Source: Octopus bimaculoides
Taxonomy: Eukaryota
Direction: 5' to 3'
Assembly (NCBI RefSeq): GCF_001194135.2
Contig: NC_069005.1
Coordinates: 35,425,799 to 35,478,484, forward strand
Length of the DNA stretch: 52,686 nucleotides
A program made the position numbers and the translations under genes. The notes below the pieces were generated by a model. That model was not told where the DNA came from, made no database searches, and worked only from the letters and a program-made list of their open reading frames with translations. This document shows, one piece after another, positions 37,190 to 51,134 of the stretch; position 1 is the stretch's first letter, and every line of letters begins with the position of its first letter.

Positions 37190-37259
37190 GTTCTTTATTT
37201 CCCTTTTCTTTCATTTTCTAATTATGTACTACAATGCTTCAAGCTAACTATAGCGCTGT

Positions 37260-37301
<42 letters not shown>

Positions 37302-37302
37302 A

Positions 37303-37450
37303 TAAGCTTCTTTCATTTTCCATCTACCAAGTTGATTCACTGGCAGCTTAGGTCAATCTGGGGTTTAGTGGAAGACACTTGTTGAGGTCATGAAGTGGGA
37401 TTGAACCCTAAACTATGTAGTTAGTGTGAGCAAGATTTGACAGTATACCA
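37303..37450 (-). mobile_element. SINE (same family as 16536), decayed
   Basis: ttccatctaccaag...gtggaagacacttg...gggattgaaccc. Confidence 0.55.
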
Positions 37451-37695
37451 TATTTGTGCAGCTAGTAGAAAAAAAAAATATATATGTATATATAATTTGC
37501 TTTTGAAGAAAAAATCTGAAAATCAGTAGAGCTAACAATAAATCGATTGTGATGTGAAAAACAAAGAAACACCTTCGTAATTTCGTTCAATGACTTTTAA
37601 CAGAGCTTCAGCCTTTGACTTCAGCCAAATTGTTAATGTCATGTTAATATGAGATAAAAAAACAAGAAATTATGTCTTTTTGTTTTCTCTTATAG

Positions 37696-37868
37696 TGTAG
37701 AATTTGTTGTTGGCAACAAACCAGTGAAAGATTTTCGAATGATTGAGCGTCACTATTTCCGGGAAAAGCTACTGAAAAGTTTTGATTTTCATTTTGGTTT
37801 CTGCATTCCTAGTAGTGTAAACACTTGTGAACATATCTATGAATTCCCAGCTCTCTCAGACTATGAAA
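37696..37868 (+). CDS. unc-119: UNC-119 homolog, exon 4 (173 nt)
   Basis: TAG acceptor; [51 protein letters not shown]; GTAAG donor at 37869. Confidence 0.98.
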
Positions 37869-38159
37869 GTAAGTACTACTTTGTCTCCATCTCTTATACT
37901 AAGCAATTTAATTCAATCTGTATAATATTGTGACAGCGTTTCGACATAACCAGTTACTTTTATTTTCACTGCAAATATATTGTTAAGTACACATCTTATA
38001 ACAATTAAATAAATCTGTTTATTGCAAATACAATACCTACCGGCAATTTATCATAAATTTCTACCCAGACTAGCCTAATACAAACAATAACCAGAACATC
38101 ATTCCAGTTCCCGTCTGCCCATGATTGAACCAGATTCTGTGCAGTTTAACTAATGGAGT

Positions 38160-38570
38160 AAACTATGAGAAATAGCTCCAAGAGATACAGCCTCTGAAAA
38201 CAGAGCTAAACCCTATCAAAATGCTTTTTAAGTTATCCAGGTTGATTAGATCTGCTCAGATGCTAGCTTTATTCCTAGCTCTCTGTATGATGTACTGCAT
38301 GAGGCAGAAGTTGTCATTGACAGATGTTAGGAGTCGTGCACATCTGTACTTCACTGACAACAAATTTTAATGCCTGTGTTAACACCTTGGTTAAAATCTT
38401 AACTTCAGAGTTATGGGTCAAGAAGAGTCATCTGCAACATTCTGCTGTTGGTGTCCTTTCTCAGTAGTGCTTCTGGCTCATATAACTAAGAATTCTCTTT
38501 TTCTGCTGTCAGTTGTGGTAGATGTATGACATATTTGTAAAAGCTCACAGAACAGACCATGGGAATGATG
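38160..38570 (-). mobile_element. L1/Tx1-clade RT fragment
   Basis: MTLLDP...KILTKVL...EVQMC.TP...NDNFCLMQYII...LINLD...FDRV matches the L1-type RT start. Confidence 0.6.
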
Positions 38571-38619
38571 TGATTTATGCCTTGTGCAACTTCTTGTATT
38601 TCAGTTGCTATCAGTTTTC

Positions 38620-39375
38620 ACAGCACATATTTCATCCCGTTTTGTGCTACCAGTTATCCATCATTTGATATCCAACCCTCAATATCATCCCTTTCCACTG
38701 ATCACCAATTATCTCCTCTAAGCTACATTTTATGACTGCCATTGACTAACCCTTGCCTTCACCTCTGTCACTCACTATACCTACCTTCACACAGATAAAC
38801 TATCTGTCTGTCTCTCTCTTTCCCTACACCCTTTCTTTACCCACCCACCATTCCCCTATTTTTCAGCCATCTAGTTTTATTTTACTACTACTTCATCTTT
38901 TCTGTACTTCCACTTATCAACATCCCTTACTAATTTGTGGTTACCATCGACCACACACCTCCATCCTTGTGAACCCACCCTGTCCCTATTTTCTGTCATA
39001 TTCACCTTCTTGTACCTTGAGAGTAAGCCCTAACATGTCAACATCATCTTCATCTTTCTTTCCAGTTACTCCTATCCTTATATAAAATGGGGTAACAATG
39101 TTTCTTCTCTGCAGCAAGACACCTGTTCATGCCCCTTTAGCTTCTCAACGCCTAACATAAAGCCACTACACTCAGTTGAGGTGGCCTTTTTGTCTTGAGA
39201 GCTATTTGGTGACCCCAGAAGTACTAGTACTACAAGAAAAGCCCCCAATATACCCTTTAATAAGGTTGGCATCTAGCTGTAGAAATCATGCCAAAGTGGA
39301 CATTAGAGCTCACTGTATCCTGTCAAAGTATCTAACCCCTACCATCATGGATGTTAAATAATGTTGACGATGACT
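38620..39375 (+). mobile_element. RTE LINE 3' UTR (+ orientation)
   Basis: ggcatctagctgtagaaatcatgccaaa motif and a tgatga-like tail. Confidence 0.55.
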
Positions 39376-39746
39376 TATTGTGTAGAGGCCAGATTTTAAG
39401 GCAAAGAATTGTTAATATACTTCATGCAAAAGCATTAAAAAAAAAAAAAAATAGAAATAATTTGGTAAGGAAAAAGAACAGTAGTGATTGATTAAATTAT
39501 TTTGGGATGTATGGGAGATAACTGCCAATATTATTATTATGAACTCATGAGTGAAGCCTAAACTTTAATATTGGCACTAATTTTATCGCCATCTTTTTTT
39601 ATGAAATTAGTATTTATAGATTAAAGCATATCTTTGTGATATCTTAATAAATCTTAAAAAGTATCATGTGTGATGAAATGTCATGAAGTTTCTGGGGTTT
39701 TTTTTAAAGTTATCTTTGTACTTAAAACCTTGTTTTCTATTTTCAG

Positions 39747-39877
39747 TTGAAGATATGATTCGAAGTCCATATGACACGAGATCGGATAGTTTTTACTTTG
39801 TCGAAAACAAGTTGATCATGCACAACAAAGCAGATTATGCCTACAATGGCATGTGGGATGAAGACAACCAGAGATAG
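39747..39877 (+). CDS. unc-119: UNC-119 homolog, exon 5 (131 nt including TAG)
   Basis: TTTCAG acceptor; (I)[42 protein letters not shown]. The spliced CDS is 277+114+121+173+131=816 nt with an open frame. Confidence 0.98.
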
Positions 39878-40069
39878 ATGCAGTGGCTGCACATGGTATT
39901 GGTCAGCAGCCGATACATTCTTGGATTTCTACCAACTGATCATAACCTTCACCAAGCCCTCATCACCCCATCATATCTTATGCCTTGCCTTTGGCAGGCT
40001 GCTGTGGGATATGATATTCAACATTGTAGTATGAATGTATATGTTTATGTGTTAGTGTATATGTACAAA

Positions 40070-40187
40070 GCTGGTGTGTGTATGGGTTTGATCCAACTGC
40101 ATGGTATCAAGCGTCTTTTACTATAGCCTTGGATCAATTCAAGCCTTGTGCAAGAAATTGGATAGACAGAAACTGTAGGAGCCCATC
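40070..40187 (+). mobile_element. SINE fragment in the presumed unc-119 3' UTR
   Basis: cttttactatagccttgg...aagccttgtg...gacagaaactg is the reverse complement of the copy at 16536. Confidence 0.55.
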
Positions 40188-40465
40188 GGATGGACCATGC
40201 TAGTAATTCAAAGTGTCAACTCTGTAAATTGATTCTGCCTGAGAATTATATTAAGGGTACAAGTGTCTCTGGAATACTCAGCCATTTATATTATGATTCA
40301 ATGAGTGGTAGTTCACTAACTCAAACAACTGGAATACTTATTGTAAGAACAATCATCTATTTACTATTATGTTTGTGTGTTAATGTATATTTATACTCCT
40401 TCAAGTATATGAAAAAGATCTATCCGGTGTATTTTTGGTTCAAGGTGTTTGTCGATGTACAGTAT

Positions 40466-40506
<41 letters not shown>

Positions 40507-40936
40507 CAAGTGTATCTGGAGTTTCTATATGTTTGCACAATTGAATGTATGCTAGCGTGTACGTATTTATTATACATTTCCAGTATGTATGCAGTAAGAA
40601 GGCAAAAGTGTTGTAGAATTAGGTGGTGATGATGACTGGTGTGAAATAGTGTCTGTCAGTAGCTGTTGTAGTATTGACTACATCCATCATTGGACACACT
40701 CCCAACTACCAACATTCTGATTATGTTCCATCCCCACCTCAACACACTTTCGTTCCACAGTTTTCTTGTTGTTATTGCCATAAGGAAAGAAATCAAAACA
40801 CAGAGATACACACACACACACTCCTAGATTTAAATTTACACAACAGAAATTAACAATTTGCCCTTCATAAACACACACACACACAGCTTTCCATTTCAGC
40901 AATATGGAGTCAACTTGAAGGTTAACTAGAGCATTT

Positions 40937-40942
40937 AATAAA
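40937..40942 (+). terminator. Candidate polyadenylation signal for unc-119
   Basis: AATAAA about 1.06 kb after the stop codon, followed by T/GT-rich sequence; unverified. Confidence 0.25.
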
Positions 40943-40995
40943 GAAATAGACAAAGTTTACAGTGTTATTTATATTAACCATTTCTAGTTCATGCT

Positions 40996-41039
<44 letters not shown>

Positions 41040-44000
41040 ATAAAGTAACTGGAGAATCAACTGACTAGACTCCTTCAAATAAACAATAATACTTTGTGTC
41101 TTGAGAAATTATTTTGTCATCAAATTTTTTCTTTTGCATGGTAACTAATGGTACATAACACTTCATTTTTAGCCATTTACAACAATGATGCAGTCTACTT
41201 ACTCTTTACTATGTTGCATATTCTTATACACTTTCTTTTCTCTGATAATTACTTTACTCTTCTGTCTTTCAGTCCCACCTTTCTCATACATTTGACACTT
41301 AATTGTTGGTTACAGTCTTAATTTGTCTGACAGACTGTACCATTAACTTATGTTCCTTTTTAGATTATTTAAAAAGATTAAAACCAATTTTTTGGCCTAC
41401 TTTAGCACATAAATATTTTAAATTCCAGAACAACTTTTCCTCCTCCTATCACATTTAGTCTTATATAGCACTCTACAGTTAATCCTGTTGTAACTAAATT
41501 ACTTACAGAAGACTCAATACCTTTTAACATTATCATTTTCCACAAATAGTGTACTTTACTTTCTTAAAATGCCTGACATTAATGAAATATTTTCTTGCTT
41601 GGAAACAGGTGGACCTCTGCAAACAGGTGACAAAGTCAGTATTAGAACAATTCTGATGCAGAAAGGCTCTTAGTCTACTTTCTCTCTTTTTATATGGGGT
41701 TTCTGTTTCCTTTGTAGAAAGGAAAAGAATCACAATATCAAAATTACTTTTTCTTTAATTGTGAAAGAGAAGTAAAGGTCCATATGATTCAATCCTTTCT
41801 TAAATATTTGACAATGAAAATATGACAAAAGTAGAGAAAATAATGAATGTGTTTAAAGAAATGTATTGTAGAACATTACGAACTCACATATATATACTTT
41901 TAGCTTTTTTTTTTTTACATGTTGCCAAGAGTTGGACAGGTCATTTTCAACACAGCTTCTCTATTTTGTTGGTCTATCAGTAGGCTCAGTTTCTTTGAGA
42001 TTTCTCCCATCTTTAGTGCTCTTTTATAGTTGCAGTTTCACCCAGCTATCATTCTTCATGTCTATACCATCCCTCTTGCATGCTGTTGTTGATAATGTCC
42101 ATAATTCTCTTTATTCCATCTCAGCCGATAGGAAAGCCTGTAAATAACTTGATAAGAAATATGCTGTTGCTGCCACAACTCATTATCAATGAGTTTGTTT
42201 AGATCCAGTGTATGGTTTGCCTCTACAAAGCTGCTCCACATGCTGGTAAATGAAATAGAGCTGAAAGGAAATCAAGACCATAATGTAATATAGCATCAGG
42301 TTAAATGAGATGGAAAGATCAATTCACTATCATAAATTTTTAGTGTCAACAGTTTTACTGTTATTTCCTGAAGTGTTCCATCTACCTTCAACATGGAGAG
42401 GAAGTGAACCCAGTCATATCTCCCTCGACTATCCAGTGTTATGGCTGTGCTCACTTGTATATTTTAAATAATTAGATTCGTGTAATTTCAATTGCAGATA
42501 AACATATTCTCAGCAGAAGACAGTGATCAACTTGTAGCAAACTGACCACTATTTAGACATTTGGTTTGAGTCTGTGATTTAAAAATCATTATCGTTTGTT
42601 CTCTTATAAGGCCCAGAAACATAGACATCTCCTCTAAGGCTTCAAAAATGATTAGATGACTGTTACACTTGACTTTCATGTAAGATTAAAAATCTTTTGT
42701 GGAAAATGCATTCAAGTCTAAAACAAATTTAGGGGACTTTAACCACTCATTTCGCAATTAGTGGTGAGGATAGTTTCTAGCTTTCCTCTTCAAATGTCAT
42801 TGTCTGGGATTCAAGATATGATGTGTGCAGGATCATGAAATTTGCATTGACTAGAGTTACCAAATTAAAAATAATCCTCTCTATCCAGCAATCCTTTTAC
42901 TTTATGGCAGGGCAGTATCATCTTCAAGTAGTCATATTTTGAATTTTTGATGATAGCCCAGTGGGATGGTGCAGTTTGTTCAAAGTTCAGCATTTTACAT
43001 GTCAACATGAAGTCAGTTTGATATCATAGAAGTAAAAATTAGCTAAAAGTTTGAAAAGTGTATCAGTTATCCCTTACCTCAACTATAAGACAGAGAAGAC
43101 GGCCAGACATAAAGAAGATGATAAGAACCATTTCCTGAGAAACAGACATGCCTAATATTGTCCTGAGTAACTTTTGTTTTTGGGCATAGAGCAGAATGGG
43201 GAAAACATGCAGACCTGCTATGGTAAATACTCCTGCTGGAGTTTTGAATCCTGTAGAAAGATATGAGGAAAAAAAAAAAACATGTAAGGTCAAATTAGAC
43301 AACTATTACTGAAGCAAGAGAGCATTGTTTTTGTATCATATGTGCAACTGTTACTCTTTATCCCCCCAATCAACCCTGATTGAAGGTACCATTTCATTGT
43401 TTCTTCAGATAAACCAAGTAAACATGTACAGAGTCCTGCCATATGCTTGCATTCATGTAGCATCTATTATATCCATGACAAAGTTGCTACAAGGGTTTGA
43501 ACTATTAATTTTCTTTTTTTTTTTTGTATGGAATCTGAGGGAAAGGACTGATAAGGTCGATGCCATTAATGTCTCATTTAAATTGCTGTTGGTCAACACT
43601 TGTATGTAAAAGATTCTAGAGGGTCAATGTCCTTGGTAGGGAGGAATGGGCATTGTAGTTTTGCAAGGGCTGAATGAAATGTGATAAAAGGGAAAGTAGC
43701 TTTGTTAATTTGAAACATATGTTTCCACACTTACTGTGTCTATGCATGATGGAATGTAAAGGGGTAGATTTGAAGAAAATAGACTAAAAGTATGGAGTAT
43801 TTCCCCATAGAAAGAAGATAGGAAAAGGACTCCCCAAAGTTGGTAGAGATGTTTTTGGCAAGGGGTAGAAGGGTCGGGGCGATATGATGCACAAAAATGT
43901 CTTTTACACTATTGAATAAATATCACCCAGTTTTGCACAGTGGGCAAGATTCCCTATTGTTTGTAGGCCATTTTTATGTTTTCTTGCCTAGACAACTGCA

Positions 44001-45159
44001 GTAAAACTTTGCAAATTATTTGAGGCATAGATTTTTGGTTATGGATTTGCCTGAAATGATGGATTCAATCATCTCATGGCTGTTGAATCATGAATGAAGC
44101 ATGATATATATATATATAGGCAATAATTCCAATTATAGTTGCCTTGTATTACACCTTGTCAATGAACAAAAGACATTTCTTGATAAAATAGTGATAGCAG
44201 AATCACTATATTGTATAATATAATAGAAAGGTTGAGGAGAGATGATTTTATACTGACGAAAGTTAAAATTAAACTTTCATAATGCGTAGCCATTATGGAT
44301 ATAGTACATGATTTTCTTAGCCTTTGAAATACAATTTAAATCTTGCTTTTATTTTTTATCTTTCTAATTTAGCTATTGTGTCTAAAATTTCAAAAAGGAG
44401 TGATATAGATCTCTATCAGTGTATAAATAATTATAAGCCTAACCCTGAAAGCAAAATAGATTATGCCTTGTTCTCTCTCTTTTCTTTCCTATCCACTCCA
44501 CTTCTTTCAAAAAGCCAGTTTACTATCCTTACCACAGCTGCACTGTATCTTCAACAGATGGTTTTATTTCCCTGTGATGTTAATTGAACTTTGCAAAGTT
44601 TACCTTCTAGCTTTGTTTAACAACAGACTCCCATTTTCTCCACTACACCATACAACCATCTCTTGTTTCCATAGCCTGTATTAATTAACTTCAATACCTT
44701 AATTTCTTTTGTTTAAATTCCATTCATATCATAACAACATTTATCCAACATCGAAATTACCTTTGTCCATAACTCTTTCTATAATCCAAGGATGTTTTTT
44801 CTGGAGAACCTTCCAGTCTGGCCCTCTACAGTGGGTACACACTAATGTTAACCATTCCACAGCTGATACCAAGTAAAGATACTGGAAAAACAAAGGAAAT
44901 TGTTGCTAATTTACTAATAACATTTTTGATGACACAGTTATAGAGGCTGTGACGATCAGGTAGTGCAAGCAATTAGGTGGCTTACAACATGTGCAAAACA
45001 GGTGTAGACAAATTACATTTAAAAAGAATTGTCATTAAATGGATTGGTGCGATTTATTTTAATGTTAATTATTTGTATAGCTGGACAAAAATATCCTTCA
45101 ATATCATCATTAATTTAACATACACTTTTCTATGCTTGCATGATTCTGACAAAATCTAA

Positions 45160-45870
45160 GACTAGAGAGAAGACTATGTTGGTTGGGATGTGATGCGTAT
45201 GAATGACACCTGCATAAAGAAGTGCCAATCACTGAAAGTGGAAGAGGGAGACTCAGGAAGACATGGGACAAAGTGGTAAGGACTGATCTCAGGAAATTGG
45301 GTCTCACAGAGAAAATGACAATGGACTGAGATGCCTGGTGATATGAAGCTCTGGAGAAGACCTGCCTACGCCAGCAAAACTGAGTCCTAAAAGCACCGTG
45401 CCCCAGCCACACTTAAGAAAACTTCCCACAAACTCTACCACAACAAACCAAACTACATCTCCACATTTCTCTTCCTCACATTTCTGCTTCATGCCCTATG
45501 CTTACCTCCCACTGCCTGATCCTGTCCTCTTGACCCTGTGCCACTGTATCATTACACTCCGCTTACCCCTGACCTATGTGTTCATCCCACACGCCCTGCC
45601 TCGCTGTACTATTGCTATTTGCTAGCTCACGACCTGTGTGTTCCACCTATACATAACAAGAAAACTTTTCCCTCACCCTATATCAACCAACTAATCTACA
45701 TCTCCACATCTCTTTCTCTCACTTCCTCCTTCATACTCTATGCCTAGCTCTCACTCTCCAATCCTGTCCTCTCGGCCCCATCCTGTTTATCATCGTTATC
45801 TGGTAGCCCCCCCCCATTCCGAAACTATATATACCCAGGTTTTTCACCACTTTCTCTCTTTAATCATACT
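45160..45870 (+). mobile_element. RTE LINE ORF2 C-terminus and 3' UTR
   Basis: gagagaagactatgttgg...agactcaggaagacatgggacaaagtggtaaggactgatctc (ERRLxW...RLRKTWDKVVRTDL). Confidence 0.7.
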
Positions 45871-45899
45871 TAACCAAAATTGAATATGTCTAAATCACA

Positions 45900-46740
45900 A
45901 AGCTAAGTGTGAAACACTTGTGGACCCATATATCACTTCCTACCATTTTGCAAACCACACATTTTGTTCCTCTCTCTGCAATCCAGGCTACTCTTTCTAT
46001 TAAGATTTCACTCTGAAATGTGATGTCTGTAAATATGTACATTTCACTCCCTTTCGTATTCATGTGATATGGATACCAGTAACTTCGAGTCAAAGGCTCT
46101 CTTCTCTACTCCTCTAAGTACATCTACTCACTGAACTCTTTCAACCCTACATTTGCTAATCATTTTTCATCCCACTCTTGCACTACATAGAGATATATTT
46201 TCTTAAAAGAAGCTGTCCTTCTCCACTTCACCATGTTCAGTAACATCTCTTCGATTATGTTAACTATCAGCCTAACGCTCTTACTTCAAATATTTCAAAT
46301 TTTGGAAGAAAAATTGTTAAGAATTGCTGTTTCCAGTCTCAATGACAAGTAGTATGGTTTCTGGCCCTCAATTCTGAGAAATTTAGGACAAACTATGTTA
46401 CTGCAGTTAACCTCAGTGAATCATCCAACATTGACAAAAAAAATTTTGTAGTTAAACTACCTGCCTATGAGATCCATTCTTCTCTTGGGCCAGGAGCTTT
46501 CTGTCTAATTGCAGTATATGCTGAAAAAGCTGCTTTTGATCACACTATTAGTTGTAGAAAGCTCCAACTCTGCCTCATGTACTTGTCATCTCTAAACAAC
46601 AACCAGTCCTCTCTTCCACTCTTTCCTCATTCTAGCATAATCTTCATGATAAACTTTGATATATGAATCACAACCTCTTTAACAGAAGCTTGACTTCTCA
46701 ATTGCCAATGATACACAACTTAGCAAAACTTATATTTCTC
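45900..46740 (-). mobile_element. LINE (RTE-like) AP-endonuclease region, heavily decayed
   Basis: Remnant SAY-x-x motif and LINE-like context. Confidence 0.4.
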
Positions 46741-46748
46741 TTTAGTGT

Positions 46749-46973
46749 CATCATCATCATCATCATCATCGTTTAACGTCCGCTTTCCATGCTAGCATGG
46801 GTTGGACGATTTGACTGAGGACTGGTGAAACCAGATGGCTACACCAGGCTCCAATCTGATTTGGCAGAGTTTCTACAGCTGGATGCCCTTCCTAATGCCA
46901 ACCACTCAGTGTAGTGGATGCTTTTACGTGCCACCGGCATGAAGGCCAGTCAGGTGGTACTGGTAACGGCCAC
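46749..46973 (-). mobile_element. RTE LINE 3' end, least diverged copy
   Basis: (cat)7-cgtttaacgtccgctttccatgctagcatgggttggacg...ggatgcccttcctaatgccaacc. Confidence 0.85.
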
Positions 46974-48706
46974 AAAAAAGAAAAATCATTACTTTAGCAC
47001 CTAACACTTCTGTGGTGTTACATGTGGTGTTGGTGGAGAAGGATTGCAGATTCTTGAAGCAAACGGAAGTGAAGACTGCAGGGGCTGGCGGAAGTGGCCA
47101 CAGGCAGATGCGTGGACAGGGAGCACGTGTGGGTAGTTCGAGCAGAGACAGCGTGCGTAGAAGTCGTGGTTTGATCTGGAGTGATCGCTTATCCCGCCAC
47201 GGTCGACAAGGTAAGGTTGCTGTATTTCTTTCTCCCTTTTGCTTCTTGTTGTCTTTTTCCTATGTCGCACTGCAACTTCCTAACTCCCTGCAAGATTCAA
47301 GGAAGACCACATCTAAGACGGTGCAACTGCTGCACAAACAGGCATTCTTGACTCTGTGCTAAAAAAAAGGGTCACCTTGCCTATAGAAAAGCTTTTCTCC
47401 TGCCAGCAGGTTTAGTATCCACTCTACTCAATTACCTGCACTCCACACTAACTTCTATTTCCAATCTCTCTCTGTCATTTTTCTGCAGTTGTTCAAGAAC
47501 ATAAACTTTGCCAGTTTATGAAAGTTACTAGTATAACCTCTTCTTCCAGATCAAATCATTTAAAAAAATATATATAACCAGAGTTAGTAATCATTGACTC
47601 AGCTCAAAATGTGTGACCTAAATTTAAGGTTCACATATATATATACTTTTAAAATTCTACAGAAGTTTAATATCAAAGTTATTAGACAATATTTTCCACA
47701 ATCGGTTAGATACTGTATTTGTTATAACAGAAAGTGTTTGTTGTGAATAACATTGCATACCATGTGTGCTGTATGTCATTAGTCAAAAACCTTTCAGGTA
47801 TCATGTCTGAACTGAAAGTACTGACAAACCTTCCATAATCATAATAATAAATAAATCATGTGTTGCATAATCTATGTTTTCTGTTATAGTGTAAGGTGTG
47901 GCTTACATTTTTAATCAACAAGAATATTAAGAATTGATTTGAAAACAATAGAGCATTGTTACAATACTCTATTGTTTTCAACTCAAGAACTAGACAACCA
48001 ACATATTCCAAACCTGTCACTAGTTATGTTCTGCATCTATCACCAAGATATTTAATTCTCAGTAGCTAGCAAGCTTATGATTGATACCACAGATGTTGCA
48101 GGTGACCATACAATAAGAGGTGGCACCACTACAATTTTTTTGTTAATACAGTTACATTTACAGTAATAGATTGTTATCCTAATCAAAAGTAAATTTCATT
48201 TTTATCAAATATTATGTAGCAGCTTCCATCTCCATGAACAAATTGTTGCAATAGAGGGGTATCATGAATAAAGCAATAAAAAGTTAACATTCTGAAGCTA
48301 TAACCAGTCATTTTCCAGGTAAACAGAAGTGGTCCTATTTGATTGACAAAATGGCAATAGAACTTACTTTATGCAGATGGCACCACAGCATTCCTCGACC
48401 AATATTGTCCACCACAACATCCAACTGCAAAAATAAGTTATCATAGTACTAAAAGAGCTTAAAAACTTTTGAAAAAAAAACCCTAATCAGTGGAAATTAT
48501 TAAGTGTGCACATACATTTGATTGACTGGCAAGAAATAGCAAACAAATCATGACCTATTATCTTCTTAAAAAAAGACAAATCAGTTATTGTAGTTCTAAA
48601 TTCAATATATCTGACAAAAAAAAAAGATGAGATGGCTTCATCTGGAGCACCTTTCCTCATTGATTTGCTTCAACCGTAACTTACATTTAATTACAAGTGA
48701 ATACAA

Positions 48707-51060
48707 TTCATCATCATCATCATCATCATTTAACGTCCGTGTTCCATGTTAGCATAGGTGGTCGGTACCACAAGAGCCGGCCAGGTCGAAGCCTGCATCA
48801 GACTTCTGTAACAGTTTTGGCAGGCTTTTTACAGCTGGATGCCCTTCCTAACACCAACCACTCAGCGGAGTGGACTTAGTGCTCTTTATGTGGCAGAAGT
48901 ACAGGCGAGTTCAGTTTTGGGAAGGTTTTTACAGCTGGATGCCCTTCTGAACAACAATCACTTTACAGTGTGGACTGGGTACCTTTAAGTGGCACCTGCA
49001 CTGACAGGGTCACCAAGTACTTGCAAGACAAAAACTGTTAAGAGGGGAGGAGGTGATGATGAAAAGGTTATAGTGAGACAGATACAGGTGTCCTGCTGTA
49101 GAGGAAGTACAAGGTTACCCGACCGGAGAGAGAAAGATCAGGGATCAAGACAGAAACAGGTGTGCTACCACAAAGGAAATACACGGTTGCCCAACCTGAG
49201 GGAAGTGCAGGAGAAAGAGAGAGAGAGTGGGAGACAGCAGGATGGAGATGGTGGCAAAATGCCAGGCATACTCACAAGGAATGGGGATCAGAATATAAAT
49301 GAGATGGTTGAGTAAAGGAAGAGAGAGATATAGATAGTGGTAAGTGCCAGGGCATACCCTTGAGCCTCAAATGCCATAATATAAGTGACAGGGTATTGTG
49401 AAGGGAGTGCGAGTAAGTGGCAAAAGACCTGGGTATATATAGTTGGAGGGGCTACTGGATAGCAATGATGCAGAGGTGTGAGGACAGGATTGGGGTGGGA
49501 GATCTACACATAGTGAATGAGAGAGGAAGTACAAGAAAGAGATATAGATTGGTTTGTTAGGGTAGGGTGGGGCTTGATAGAAGCTGATCAGGCTGCAAAT
49601 CTATTTTGACATAGTTTCTACAGCTAGATGCCCTTCTTAACAGCAACCACTTTACAGAGTGTACTGGGTGCTTTTACACAACAATGGTAGAGGTGCTTTT
49701 TACGTGACACCAGCATTTACATGCTCAGCTGGAGGGAGTTGCAACGGATAACCCTGCAGGTAAGGTCAACCATATTTTTACTTAGCTTGAAGCATCTTTT
49801 CAAGCACAGCTTACTACCATGAGTTTCGGTCCTCTGTGAGTCCCAAAATTTGTAGATCCTTTCTCACCACTTTCTCCCACATCTTTCTGGGTTTATCCCT
49901 TCGAAATGTTTCCTCTACAATTAGGGATTAGTACCTCTTGATGTGCAGTTTTCTCACTTGCACACTACATCTTATGTTATGCATACCCAGTTTTTCTCTC
50001 AAATCACTTACACTCTGTCATATATACACACTGACATTACCCATCCAGTGAAGCATACTGGCTTACATCTTTGCATATCTTAAGTAGCCACAGCCTGTGT
50101 CTCGTTGCCATGTAGTATCACTGTCAATACACAGGCATCATACACTCAGCCTTTCATTCTGAGGGAGAGGCCCTTCATTATTGGCAGACGTACTATCTCT
50201 CTGAACTTTGCCCAGCCTATTTTCATTCTAGCAGCTATGCTTTTGGAACAACCTCAACCACTACTAACTTGGTCGCCTAAGTAACAGAAACAGCGTATTA
50301 CTTCTAGAGATACCCCTGACATACGAGGGAGTCTATTTTTTTTGTACATTCCTGATGTTTAATGTTCCTGTACATTTGTCACATGTAAAGACTACTTTTT
50401 CCATTAGTTGTCCAGTGATACCGCTGCACCTCTTATGTGCCCATAGATTGCACTGATTCGATAATATCAACAAGGTCATCAGCATAGAGGAGCTCCCAGG
50501 AACAGCTAGTCTTAAATTCCTCAATTATAGCATGGAGGATCACGATAAAGAAGAGTGAGCTAAGAACCTACCCCTGGTGGACTCCTACTTGTACAATAAA
50601 CTTTTTGCTATACTCACTGGCTACTCTCACCTTACTAACAGCATCCTTGTACAGCTCTCACTAACCACTCATCTCCACCTATCTTCTGAATTGCCCACCA
50701 GATTAAGGAATGGGGAACCCTGTCAAAAGCCAGAAACAGAGGTTTATTTTTGGCCAGGTATTTCTCCTGGAGTTGCCTCACCAGGAAGATAGCATCTGTG
50801 GTGCTTCGCCGTGGCATCTATGCTAACTTTCTCCCTAATTAATTGAGCAATGACCTTTTCTGCAACTTCCATCACCTGGTCCAGCAATTTGATTCCCTTG
50901 TAATTATTTCTGTCTAGGGTACCACTTTACCTTTGTAGTAGTGGACTATAATGCTGCTACAGCAGCCATTGGATATGACTCCCTCATGGACAACCTGGTT
51001 AACTATATGGGTGACTAAGTTATATCCCACTCTACCAGCATCTCAGCAGTGATAGGATGG
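48707..51060 (-). mobile_element. Long RTE LINE (3' tail through RT), internally deleted
   Basis: RRSTTDAIFLVRQLQEKYLAKNKPL...FDRVP, GVHQG.VLS...WELLYADDL, a PHD-like segment, FCYLGD, the C-terminus and (ATG)n tail. Confidence 0.88.
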
Positions 51061-51134
51061 GTCACTTTTTTTTTGAGGACACATCTTTCAAGAGCCCCAA
51101 CTTTACTCTAATGTTTTTTTTTTTCCTTTTTTAT

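Noticed and set aside
43060-44950. Probable L1-like and RTE-like LINE relics
   Set aside because: Too decayed to assign or delimit by eye.
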